Shown here one piece after another: positions 26,329 to 35,239 of a stretch of DNA of 64,000 nt. The notes below the pieces were generated by a model. It was not told where the DNA came from and made no database searches. It was given only the letters and a program-made list of their open reading frames with translations. Within the stretch, counting starts at the first letter, position 1; each line of letters opens with the position of its first letter. Position numbers and translations under genes: made by a program. Source of the DNA: an uncultured virus (IMG/VR IMGVR_UViG_3300035510_000375) (Duplodnaviria; Heunggongvirae; Uroviricota; Caudoviricetes); IMG/VR virus record IMGVR_UViG_3300035510_000375; one strand, written 5' to 3'.

Positions 26329-26797
26329 TTTTTTGTTATCCTTCCTTTCCTTTTTGTACCTTTATTATAACACTTTTAAGGAAGCTTGTCAAGAACTTTT
26401 TTAATTTTTTATTTTTTCAAGTTTGCTTTCTTGAGGTCTTTCCCTAACTTGTAATTAGATTATAGCAAATAAATCAGAAAACGTCAAGGGGTAAAGTTGC
26501 ACAAAAATTAATGCTTTTCGGGATAAAAAATTGTGCAAGATTTTTCAAATTTTCGCTTGACAAAATACCAAGAGTATGGTACAATGGAATATTCGGCTGA
26601 TTTGCAGTAAAACGCCCGCAAATCAGCCGCCCAAAGCAAAAAAGAACAAAGGCATTTCTACCCTTGCTCTTTTTCTATAGGAGGTAAACAAAATTTTGAA
26701 GTTTAGTCACACTGGGGAGATTCGAACTCGCCTATTATCCATTTATACTATCAGTGTGGTATTATCGGGGGAACTAGGTGTTCCCCCTTATTCATTT

Positions 26798-27202
26798 TTA
26801 CTTTACAGAGTAGTAAGAGTTCTTACCCTCTTTAGTATTGACTACTCTGCCAGCCTTTACAAGAACACTAACTACTGCAGTAAGCTTCGAGCTACTCATA
26901 GTCTTAACCTCACCGTCAACCGTATAAGAAGTAAGGCGAGAGTCCTTGAGCATTTCACTAATTCGCATAGGAGTGTCACTCTCTGAAAGTACCTCATAAG
27001 CGATTTCTGCAAGTTCTTCATTAATTTCAGAAGTTGCGTTGGAACGAGAACTACATTTCTTATTAAGCTTATCAATCTCATTCTCGATAAAGAAGATAAT
27101 ATCTTCCTTATTTTCTACATCACTAGCCTCTACAATAGGCTTAATCATAGTGAAGTAATCTCTCTTAGTTGTTTTCTTAGTTGTGTTTGTTTCTGTCATC
27201 AT
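26798..27202 (-). CDS. Putative winged-helix protein, paralog C
   Basis: TKRDYF...IVEASDVENKE; C-terminal GKNSYYSV wing. Confidence 0.7.
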   Translation of the reverse strand: MMTETNTTKKTTKRDYFTMIKPIVEASDVENKEDIIFFIENEIDKLNKKCSSRSNATSEINEELAEIAYEVLSESDTPMRISEMLKDSRLTSYTVDGEVKTMSSSKLTAVVSVLVKAGRVVNTKEGKNSYYSVK

Positions 27203-27706
27203 TATCGACCTCTTTCTTTATTTTTTATTTTTTTGTTTTTGTATCTTTATTATAGCACATTGTTTAAAGTTTGTCAAGTAGTTTTTTATTTTTTTGGAGG
27301 ACTTCTCATTTTCTTTTTACCACCTTTCCTTTTTGTACTTTTATTATAGCACTTTAATTACTATCTGTCAAGTGCTTTTTTTAATTTTTTTAAAGGTTTT
27401 TGTTTTGCACTCTCGTGTGCTTTCCTTACCTTGTACCTAAATTATACTGCGGGAAGGCAAAAAAGTCAAGGGGGAATGTTGCACAAAAAAAGGGGGGATT
27501 TTGGGATAAATCTTTGTGCAAGATTTTTCAAATTTTCGCTTGACAAAATGACTGAGGAGTAGTATAATGGATCTTTCGGGGCGTTTGCTAAAGAACCATC
27601 GCAAACGCCCCGCCCAATCAAAGAAGAGAGGCGCATTTTGCCTCCCTTCCCGCATTTTCCTTTCTTTGAGAGCACTCGCTATTGATTTTTACGGGTGCCC
27701 CTTATT

Positions 27707-27964
27707 TTATTCATAAATCTGATAAATAGATGCTTCCATGTAGTCAAATTCATTTTCTATAAACTGGTCTATACTGCAAGGCTCATCAAAATGTGTCTCT
27801 TCATACTGTTCTTTAAGTTCCTCTGCACATACTTTGGCAAATATTGCTTTAATTTCATGTTCTGGCATATCTTTTGCAAATAATAATCGTGTAAAATCCA
27901 TATAAACTGAATCTAGCCATTCCCAACCATACTCATAATATTTATATCTTTTTACTTCTACCAT
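27707..27964 (-). CDS. Hypothetical acidic protein
   Basis: Co-oriented ORF in early module. Confidence 0.55.
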   Translation of the reverse strand: MVEVKRYKYYEYGWEWLDSVYMDFTRLLFAKDMPEHEIKAIFAKVCAEELKEQYEETHFDEPCSIDQFIENEFDYMEASIYQIYE

Positions 27965-27970
27965 AATAAA

Positions 27971-28177
27971 TTACCCCCATATCTCGCTGATTACTTCATC
28001 TACTATTGCATCTAAAAGTTGTTCATAATTTCTATAGCCGGTACGAGCATATATAATGCTATTGTAAATCTCTTCCCATGAACCCGATACTATACATCGG
28101 ACTAGGTTAATTTCATCACTTGTAGCTACTCCATTTTCTACTAAAAAATCATAAATTTCATTTTCTCTTTTGGTCAT
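27971..28177 (-). CDS. Hypothetical protein
   Basis: AGGTGG RBS plus promoter. Confidence 0.65.
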   Translation of the reverse strand: MTKRENEIYDFLVENGVATSDEINLVRCIVSGSWEEIYNSIIYARTGYRNYEQLLDAIVDEVISEIWG

Positions 28178-28977
28178 TTTTATTATACCACCTTTCTTTT
28201 TTATACTTTAATTATAGCACTTCTTTTTATTTTTGTCAAGCACTTTTTTAATTTTATTTTTAAGGGGGAAGGCTTGCTTTCCTTACCTTGTATCTAAATT
28301 ATAGCAGATAATACGGGATTTTTCAAGTGGTAATTTTGCACAAAAATTCAGTGTTAAAATTGTGCAATGTGCACAAAGAAGGCAAATGCGGCGCACCTCC
28401 TTACTGACGCTCGTCACCGCGCCGTAGAGTAACTACTTTATTAAATTTTAATTTCGGAAATGAATTATAGATTGAAACAACTGGAAAAGGGTTCTTAAAA
28501 TGTTTGACTATATGCTGTTTGGGGCTGAGCCGACCGCACATCGACCGTATGCGGTTTCAAAAGTAGATGTTGCATAGATTACTTTAGAAATGAAGAAATA
28601 GCTTTAAAACATAAATCTGCGTTATCTTGAGATTGAACAGTATCTTGTTCAGCAAAATTTTTCATAGCTGATGATATAAGTTCTTTGACTGGAACAAACT
28701 CTAAAATCATTTTTAACGCAGCAAGTTCATTTAAATCTAATTTCATAGCTCTGCTCCTTTCTTATCTTTTATACTTATATTATAACATAAAATTTTATAA
28801 ATTTCAATAGTGAAGAAAGGCGGGAAGGTTGCTATAATTCTGCATTATCTAGGTATGTGCGCGCTATAGCGAACTGCCGCAATTTGAGGGGTATTTATTG
28901 ATTGCTTTTGTTAGGGTATTGCTCTTGTTGAACATTATAAAAAGGCGATTTTTGACAATCGCCCTTATTTTTAATTA

Positions 28978-29427
28978 TTAATTAAAAGCAATGATATATT
29001 TGCCCTTCTGGTCAATGAACCCATCATAGGGAAGTAATACTTTATCCTTAGTAAATAAGTATGAGTCCATAGCCTTAAAAATCTTTTCCATTGTGCTAGG
29101 CGAGAGTTGCTCCATAGGCAAATACAGAGTGCCAATCCTAATAAGCTGGCAAGGTTCTTCCATATCTTCCAAGAGGTCCGAGATATAATCATTAAGAATA
29201 TCTCGTAAGCTGTTTCTCGTATAGAGTTTACCGACGGAGTAAAACTCTTCTATTTTTTCGAGTGGCTGGCTGTTTAAGATAAGCCCTTGCAGCTTTAAAG
29301 TCCAGTTTGCAAAGTCTGCAACATAATCATCATGATAACCTGTTGCTGCTATACTCATGCAATTAAAAGCCATGCGCATTTCTTCAATACATTCTGCCAT
29401 TTTGTGATAAAGTTTGTTTTCAGTCAT
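28978..29427 (-). CDS. Hypothetical protein
   Basis: AAGGA RBS, downstream hairpin. Confidence 0.65.
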   Translation of the reverse strand: MTENKLYHKMAECIEEMRMAFNCMSIAATGYHDDYVADFANWTLKLQGLILNSQPLEKIEEFYSVGKLYTRNSLRDILNDYISDLLEDMEEPCQLIRIGTLYLPMEQLSPSTMEKIFKAMDSYLFTKDKVLLPYDGFIDQKGKYIIAFN

Positions 29428-29485
29428 TGTTAAAATCCTTATTCTTTCATTATATTTTTAGTAGTTTGTAGTTGGCGTTTGTACC

Positions 29486-29707
29486 TCAATTGAGGTACAA
29501 AGCAACCATTTTCTCGTTTTCTTGTTTACACATTTTATCAATATGTCTTAAGCACTTGTTTTCTACAGTGCTATCATATCCGTTTGGAACAAATATCATA
29601 TCTCCGTTTGAAAACTCCACATAGCTAATATAAGGGTTAAAGGTAAATGCTATCCCCTTATAAGTTACTACTCTGTTTCTTGAAAGCTGTTTAGTCATAA
29701 TAGTCAC
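29486..29707 (-). CDS. Hypothetical protein
   Basis: Co-oriented ORF in early module. Confidence 0.55.
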   Translation of the reverse strand: MTIMTKQLSRNRVVTYKGIAFTFNPYISYVEFSNGDMIFVPNGYDSTVENKCLRHIDKMCKQENEKMVALYLN

Positions 29708-30097
29708 CTCATCTCATAATATAATCGTATTGTGCCTTAATGCTGTCATAAGTTAGCATACGTTTATCATAGTCACAAACTAAGCAACAAAATACATAGG
29801 TTTGCTCGTCATAAAATCCATAACGTTTAATAACGTTGTCTATCATGGTATCTATGCTCATGCCGTCACCCCCTTAATATATTCAAGTGCATTGTAACGT
29901 GAGCCATAAACCCTTATGGCTTGTTTAAAAAGTGGACTAGTTAACATACAGTAGGTGTTATTATTGGAGTCCTTTCCCTCAAGAATTGTAAAATGTATTC
30001 CATGAAAAGTGATATTGTATCTCATTATTGTTTACCTCTTGTCTTAATATTTTATTGTTTGGTAGGTTGAGGCTTCCAGCCTCAACCTATGTTTTAT

Positions 30098-30496
30098 TTA
30101 ATAAGTAATAGTACAACCTTTTTTATTCCATGTAGAATTAAAGCTGGCAATAATAGTACATGTAATTATAGGATATATATCAATTGGTACTTGTAGTAAA
30201 AACTCGTATGGTTCGTCTAATTTACTCTGTAGAGTTATAGATAACGTATAATAAGCTGAACAATCTTTACAATTAGCTTGTTCATAATCTTTAATAGCTT
30301 TGTTTAATTCTTTAAGTGTATCAGTTGCAAAGCATTGGTGTTGTGCTAGTTTCTCACAATTATATTTTACCATGTTTTCTTCGCCGAGAAATTTATATGT
30401 CTTTATGCTTTCAAGCGTACTATGGTATAAAGAATTAGCACAAATTAAGTTTTGAATACTATAACGTATTATTTTTCCTAAATCCTGTTTTGTCAT
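30098..30496 (-). CDS. Hypothetical protein
   Basis: GAGGT RBS; terminator hairpin at about 30062-30090. Confidence 0.65.
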   Translation of the reverse strand: MTKQDLGKIIRYSIQNLICANSLYHSTLESIKTYKFLGEENMVKYNCEKLAQHQCFATDTLKELNKAIKDYEQANCKDCSAYYTLSITLQSKLDEPYEFLLQVPIDIYPIITCTIIASFNSTWNKKGCTITY

Positions 30497-31031
30497 TTTA
30501 TTTACCTCAATATTAAAATTTATAGGTTTTTCACCCTACAGGGTTTAAGTGCCTGTAGTCACTCTTGTCTCTATTCTTTAGCAAGCCTTAACAAGTTAGC
30601 TTGTTGATGTTTAAATTGATTAAGTTGTCAAGTTTCAAGTTGTTGTTGTTTTCAACTGTCTACATGATACTACTTAACAAGCATTTTGTCAACAACTTTT
30701 TTAAAAAAATTTTTGTCTTTTCTTGACTGATTTTTTGTACTTTTTACACCACTTGTTGCGTGGTTGAACGAGCAAAAGAATTGTACCCACGCAACGCAGA
30801 AAACAGAAGAGCGAACAAATTTTTGTGGCAACAATAGACAAAAGAGCAGAAGTGATCAGAAAATACAAAAAGGCGGGGTACGTTTGTGGGAATTCCTAGA
30901 GAAATAGTAGGAATTAGCCCTCCCCACGACATTTCCCCCTCCAAAAGTAATTTCCGTTTCCATAAAACGCCCCCCATCTATTTCTGGGAAAATAAAAAAT
31001 AAGGCTTGAGCACTATACCCAAGCCTTTACT

Positions 31032-31241
31032 TTACATCTTAAAATTTGCGTTCCACCCATCATCATTTTTACTAGCTTCCCAATTTTCTTGAAAAACTTT
31101 CATATCTCCATAAGCAGTTCCTTTACCAAAGAACCCATTTACAAATATCCATTTTCCACGTTCTGTTATATTTATAAAATATTTTCTTCCCTTTTTAAAA
31201 CCTGTACTTTTATCATCACCAATATATTTTACTCTAATCAT
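31032..31241 (-). CDS. Hypothetical protein
   Basis: Coupled to the upstream ORF; start at MIRVKY. Confidence 0.55.
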   Translation of the reverse strand: MIRVKYIGDDKSTGFKKGRKYFINITERGKWIFVNGFFGKGTAYGDMKVFQENWEASKNDDGWNANFKM

Positions 31242-31458
31242 AATACACTTCCCAATCTTTTTGCATTTCTTCTCTTCCATCATATACTTTAACTATATCA
31301 TCTATTCTAATATAAACATATTCCATATCATCATCATACAAGAGTCTAGCATTATATTTCTTTTCTTTATCAAGCGGTAACTGATTTCCTTTATACTTAA
31401 CTTGAACCATCTTGCTTCTTACCTCTTCCATATTTACTATAATCTCTAGGTTTTGCAC
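31234..31458 (-). CDS. Hypothetical protein
   Basis: VKY.G pattern shared with the adjacent ORF; start uncertain. Confidence 0.5.
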   Translation of the reverse strand: MQNLEIIVNMEEVRSKMVQVKYKGNQLPLDKEKKYNARLLYDDDMEYVYIRIDDIVKVYDGREEMQKDWEVYYD

Positions 31459-31527
31459 CCCACATCATTTCATATAGTCCGCGCTTAGCGATTTTCTTTG
31501 CGGACGGCAGCGGCTGTTTTCTTATTT

Positions 31528-31878
31528 TCATGCGGTTACCTCACTTTCAGCGGTTTCCGCCTCCCAACTTACATCATAGAATGTACCTTTTTCACCATTG
31601 GGACCTTCAGCCGCTGTAACAATATACCCCGCCTCTAGTAACAAATCTACATTCTCTATCTCTTCTATATAAATGCTCTCGCCTATACTAAAATAGCCAA
31701 GACCAGCATTCTCATTAATCTCTTGAATTATTTTCTTTAATTCTTTATTTTTCTTTCTCTCTTTGCGCGCTTTAGCTTCTGCGGTAGCGATTGCGCGAGT
31801 CTCTTCTGCGGATGGGACTTCAGGCATATCCGCTTTTAATAATACGTCTATCTTATTTAATAATTCTTCTGTTGTCAT
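31528..31878 (-). CDS. Hypothetical protein
   Basis: AGGAG RBS. Confidence 0.65.
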   Translation of the reverse strand: MTTEELLNKIDVLLKADMPEVPSAEETRAIATAEAKARKERKKNKELKKIIQEINENAGLGYFSIGESIYIEEIENVDLLLEAGYIVTAAEGPNGEKGTFYDVSWEAETAESEVTA

Positions 31879-32111
31879 ATTTTTCTCCTATGCGGGAATG
31901 GAGACTACGCGCTCCCTAACCGAGGTCCCCGCCACTTACTTTATATGTTATTGTGTCATCTAACCATATCTCTTGAGTATTCATTACTGTATATCCCATA
32001 TCTCTTAAAGCTATTGCTGTATCGTGATATTTTACAAATATAAGACACCATTTTTCATTGTGTAACTTTACTATTTCTAAATACTCTAGCCACTTTTGGA
32101 GTTCTTCTTCC

Positions 32112-32579
32112 TTACTCATTATTGTAGCACCATTTTTTAAAGACGTCATTAAAATTACCCTTATTGCCACTCATCTTTTTTACTATTGCCATAGCTAAGC
32201 CTTTTTCTTTATCATAAACATCATCTCCGCCACATTTTACTACTGTTTTACTTCCATCTTCCCAAAAAACAATAGTTGCAGGATAGTTAAAAATTACATT
32301 TTTAATTTTAGGCATATCGTTCATTTCCTCTCTTGATTTTGTATTTTCTTTTAATATTAAAGTTGTAATTTCTTTTGTGCCTTCTAATTTATGAAGTTGA
32401 CCTTTATTCTCTTGTAAAAACCAGCTTTGAAGTTTTAAATGATAAATTAATTTTCCTATAATTTTACTATTTACAATTAAATTAAATTCTATGATTTGAC
32501 TAGTTTCTCTGACCATTTCAACATGACATCCAATACCAAATAATCTTAGATTTTCTAAACAAAATAATAAATTAGCCAT
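32112..32579 (-). CDS. Phage protein with IFNYPATIVFWEDGSKTVVKC domain
   Basis: Widespread phage domain in the C-terminal half; possible second start at MNDMPK. Confidence 0.6.
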   Translation of the reverse strand: MANLLFCLENLRLFGIGCHVEMVRETSQIIEFNLIVNSKIIGKLIYHLKLQSWFLQENKGQLHKLEGTKEITTLILKENTKSREEMNDMPKIKNVIFNYPATIVFWEDGSKTVVKCGGDDVYDKEKGLAMAIVKKMSGNKGNFNDVFKKWCYNNE

Positions 32580-32733
32580 ATATTTTATTAACCTCTTTTC
32601 TTTTTCTATATATATTATAACAAAAAATTTTATAAAAATCAATTATTTTTTATTAACCTTTTGTTTTTTCTTTTTCTACTTATATTATAACAAAAAATTT
32701 TTAAAAAATCAACCAATTTTCTTTAAGCTAGTC

Positions 32734-32762
32734 TTGACAAACGAAAATTTTTATGGTATAAT
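32734..32762 (+). promoter_or_regulatory. Consensus sigma-A promoter opening the rightward arm
   Basis: TTGACA-17-TATAAT with extended TG; divergent from leftward promoters at about 32610-32712. Confidence 0.8.
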
Positions 32763-32788
32763 ATTTGTAGATAAAGAAAGGAGAGTTT

Positions 32789-33961
32789 ATGGCAGACATA
32801 AGTAAAGAAGATTTCATTTTTTCAGAAGACGTTGATTTAGAAGAAGAATGTCAACAAGAGAATGAAAACCTAGAAGAACAATTAGTTGCGGAAGACATTA
32901 AACCTACTAGGAAATTGGATTATTCTCTTAAAACTCCTGAAGAAAGAAATGAATTAGTTAAAAAAATAATTGACGAAACGCCTCCTGAACAGCTTACTAA
33001 TAATTATTTAACTATATTAGCAGATTATATTATTTTTGCTATGGATAAAGCAGAAAGACAACAAAAAAAGATATTAACTGAAAATAGAATGGTAACTGTT
33101 AACAAGCGGGAGACCTCGTTTCAAGGGCTCGCTGAGCAACTTGAGAATGGCGAAGATGGTATTTATAATATGATGATTCAAGATAAAAATATTATTCTTA
33201 TGCCAAAGATATCTATTACTCAACAAGATTTAGATGATATTCCTGCATTGCGGGAGTTGCACGAATCAATAGAAGAAATAGAGAAGCAAATGAAGGCAGC
33301 AACCGGAAAAAAGAAATTTTTATTAAAGAAACAACTAATAGAAATGCACCAGGACCAGTATGTGATCCGAAGTGCCTACCGCCGCCCAATGTATATGATG
33401 AATGTAACAAAAAGTTTTTCTAAATTGCGTTTAGATGAAAAAGTAACAATAGATGAAAATGGAGATGTAAAAAGTAATTGTATAGTTTCATTATATAATC
33501 CTAAACATATTTCTGCTCTATTGTGCAATTATTCTCAACTAAAAGCAGATTGTTATGGTAAATTTTGGAGCGACTCATATTACTTAATGCAAGATTTAGA
33601 AAATTTAATTAATAATACTTTAAAAGATAAATATCCTTTATATTATGATTTACTTACATATAAAATTGATGGTATTCAAAATGCGGACATCCAAAAAATT
33701 CTAGAACAAGATTATGGTATCAAACATTCTGTTGAGTATATTTCATCTTTATGGCGTAATAAAATACCTAAGCTATTAGCGGAACAGGCAAAAGAAGACT
33801 ACTTAATGTGGTATTATACTACTCAAGAATATGGTAAATGGAAAAAATGTTCTCGTTGTGGTGAAATTAAATTAGCTCATAATCGTTTTTTTAGTAAAAA
33901 TAAAACTTCTAAAGATGGTTGGTACAGTATTTGTAAATGCTGTAGAAATAAGAAAAAGTAA
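32789..33961 (+). CDS. Conserved phage protein with C-terminal Zn finger
   Basis: KKCSRCGE...SICKCC. Confidence 0.75.
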   Translation: MADISKEDFIFSEDVDLEEECQQENENLEEQLVAEDIKPTRKLDYSLKTPEERNELVKKIIDETPPEQLTNNYLTILADYIIFAMDKAERQQKKILTENRMVTVNKRETSFQGLAEQLENGEDGIYNMMIQDKNIILMPKISITQQDLDDIPALRELHESIEEIEKQMKAATGKKKFLLKKQLIEMHQDQYVIRSAYRRPMYMMNVTKSFSKLRLDEKVTIDENGDVKSNCIVSLYNPKHISALLCNYSQLKADCYGKFWSDSYYLMQDLENLINNTLKDKYPLYYDLLTYKIDGIQNADIQKILEQDYGIKHSVEYISSLWRNKIPKLLAEQAKEDYLMWYYTTQEYGKWKKCSRCGEIKLAHNRFFSKNKTSKDGWYSICKCCRNKKK

Positions 33962-34021
33962 GGACTTTTTACTTTAATTTTTTTAGTAAAAATATAAATA
34001 ATTAGAAAGGAGGAAAACGTT

Positions 34022-35239
34022 ATGAGTGTAAGTTATACTTGTCAAAAATGCGGGAGAGCATTAAATGAAAAAGAATTTTATACTTACAGAGATGGCAGAA
34101 AAACAGAATTATGTAAAAAATGTTTAACAATGCATATTGACAATTTTGATGAATCTACTTTTGTTTGGATATTAGAAAAAATGGATCTACCTTATATTCC
34201 AGAAGAGTGGAATAAAATACGTGATGCCGCTTTTGCGAAAGATCCTCTAAAAATGACTGGAATGTCTGTTTTAGGTAAATATTTATCTAAAATGAAACTT
34301 ACTCAGTTTATGAATAAGGAAACCCATGAACCTTATCACTTTGCGGATTCTGAAAAAATTATTGCCGTAAATGAGAAAAAACGGCAAGTTGCTATAGCCC
34401 AACAGAAGATATTAGAAGAGCAAGTACAAAAGCGGTATGAAAATGGAGAAATTTCAGAAGCTGAATATAAAACATTAATGAGCACCGAAACTCAACATGA
34501 GGAGATAAGTGCGGCAGCTCCTGTACCTGCGCCCGAAGCCGTGCATAATGAGCATGAATACATGAGTGAAGACGAACTAATCGACCCCGCCGCAGAATTA
34601 TCTAATGATGATAAAATATACTTAGCTATGAAATGGGGTAGATTATATAAACCTAATCAATGGGTAAAATTAGAAAAGCATTATAATGAAATGATGTCTT
34701 CTTTTGATATTCACGATGCGGATACTACTAGTACCTTATTACTATTGTGTAAAACTTATTTAAAAATGGATGAAGCTATTGATATTGGTGATTTTGATTC
34801 TTATCAAAAATTATCTAGGGTTTATGATGCGATGCGTAAGTCCGCAAAATTTACTGCCGCCCAAAATAAAGGTGAACAGGGTGACTTCGTTGATTGTATT
34901 GGAACTATGGTAGCCTATTGTGAAAAAGTTGGTGGTCAAATTCCTAAGTTTGAAATAAAAGAAGATAAAGATATTGTTGATACAATTATTAAAGATTTAA
35001 AAAATTATAATAAGTCTCTTATCTATCAAGATACTGCTCTTGCTAAGCAAATTGAAGATTATATTAAAAAGAAAGAAATTAATGAGCAAATGAAAAAAGA
35101 TAAAGAAGAAGCAAAGAAAAAAGGTTTAGAAAATTATGAATTGACAGACCAAGATATTCAAGAGAATTTAGACAGAATAAAAGAAGAGCAAGAACAAGAT
35201 AAAATAATTTTAGAACAGGAGGATGATAATATAATATGA
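34022..35239 (+). CDS. Zn-finger protein, candidate terminase small subunit
   Basis: N-terminal CxxC..CxxC; overlaps the TerL start; function inferred from position only. Confidence 0.55.
   Translation: MSVSYTCQKCGRALNEKEFYTYRDGRKTELCKKCLTMHIDNFDESTFVWILEKMDLPYIPEEWNKIRDAAFAKDPLKMTGMSVLGKYLSKMKLTQFMNKETHEPYHFADSEKIIAVNEKKRQVAIAQQKILEEQVQKRYENGEISEAEYKTLMSTETQHEEISAAAPVPAPEAVHNEHEYMSEDELIDPAAELSNDDKIYLAMKWGRLYKPNQWVKLEKHYNEMMSSFDIHDADTTSTLLLLCKTYLKMDEAIDIGDFDSYQKLSRVYDAMRKSAKFTAAQNKGEQGDFVDCIGTMVAYCEKVGGQIPKFEIKEDKDIVDTIIKDLKNYNKSLIYQDTALAKQIEDYIKKKEINEQMKKDKEEAKKKGLENYELTDQDIQENLDRIKEEQEQDKIILEQEDDNII

Larger units (their letters stand above)
25105..28430. repeat. Four dispersed copies of a 250-420 bp regulatory module (about 25105-25530, 26335-26680, 27315-27650, 28185-28430)
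   Basis: Each has leftward TTGACA/TATAAT promoters and a TGCACAAAA...TTGTGCA inverted repeat; three also have a rightward promoter followed by a 12-bp GC hairpin. Confidence 0.85.

Noticed and set aside
15181..28430. CRISPR array
   Set aside because: No repeat set has constant repeats with unique equal-length spacers; no cas genes seen.
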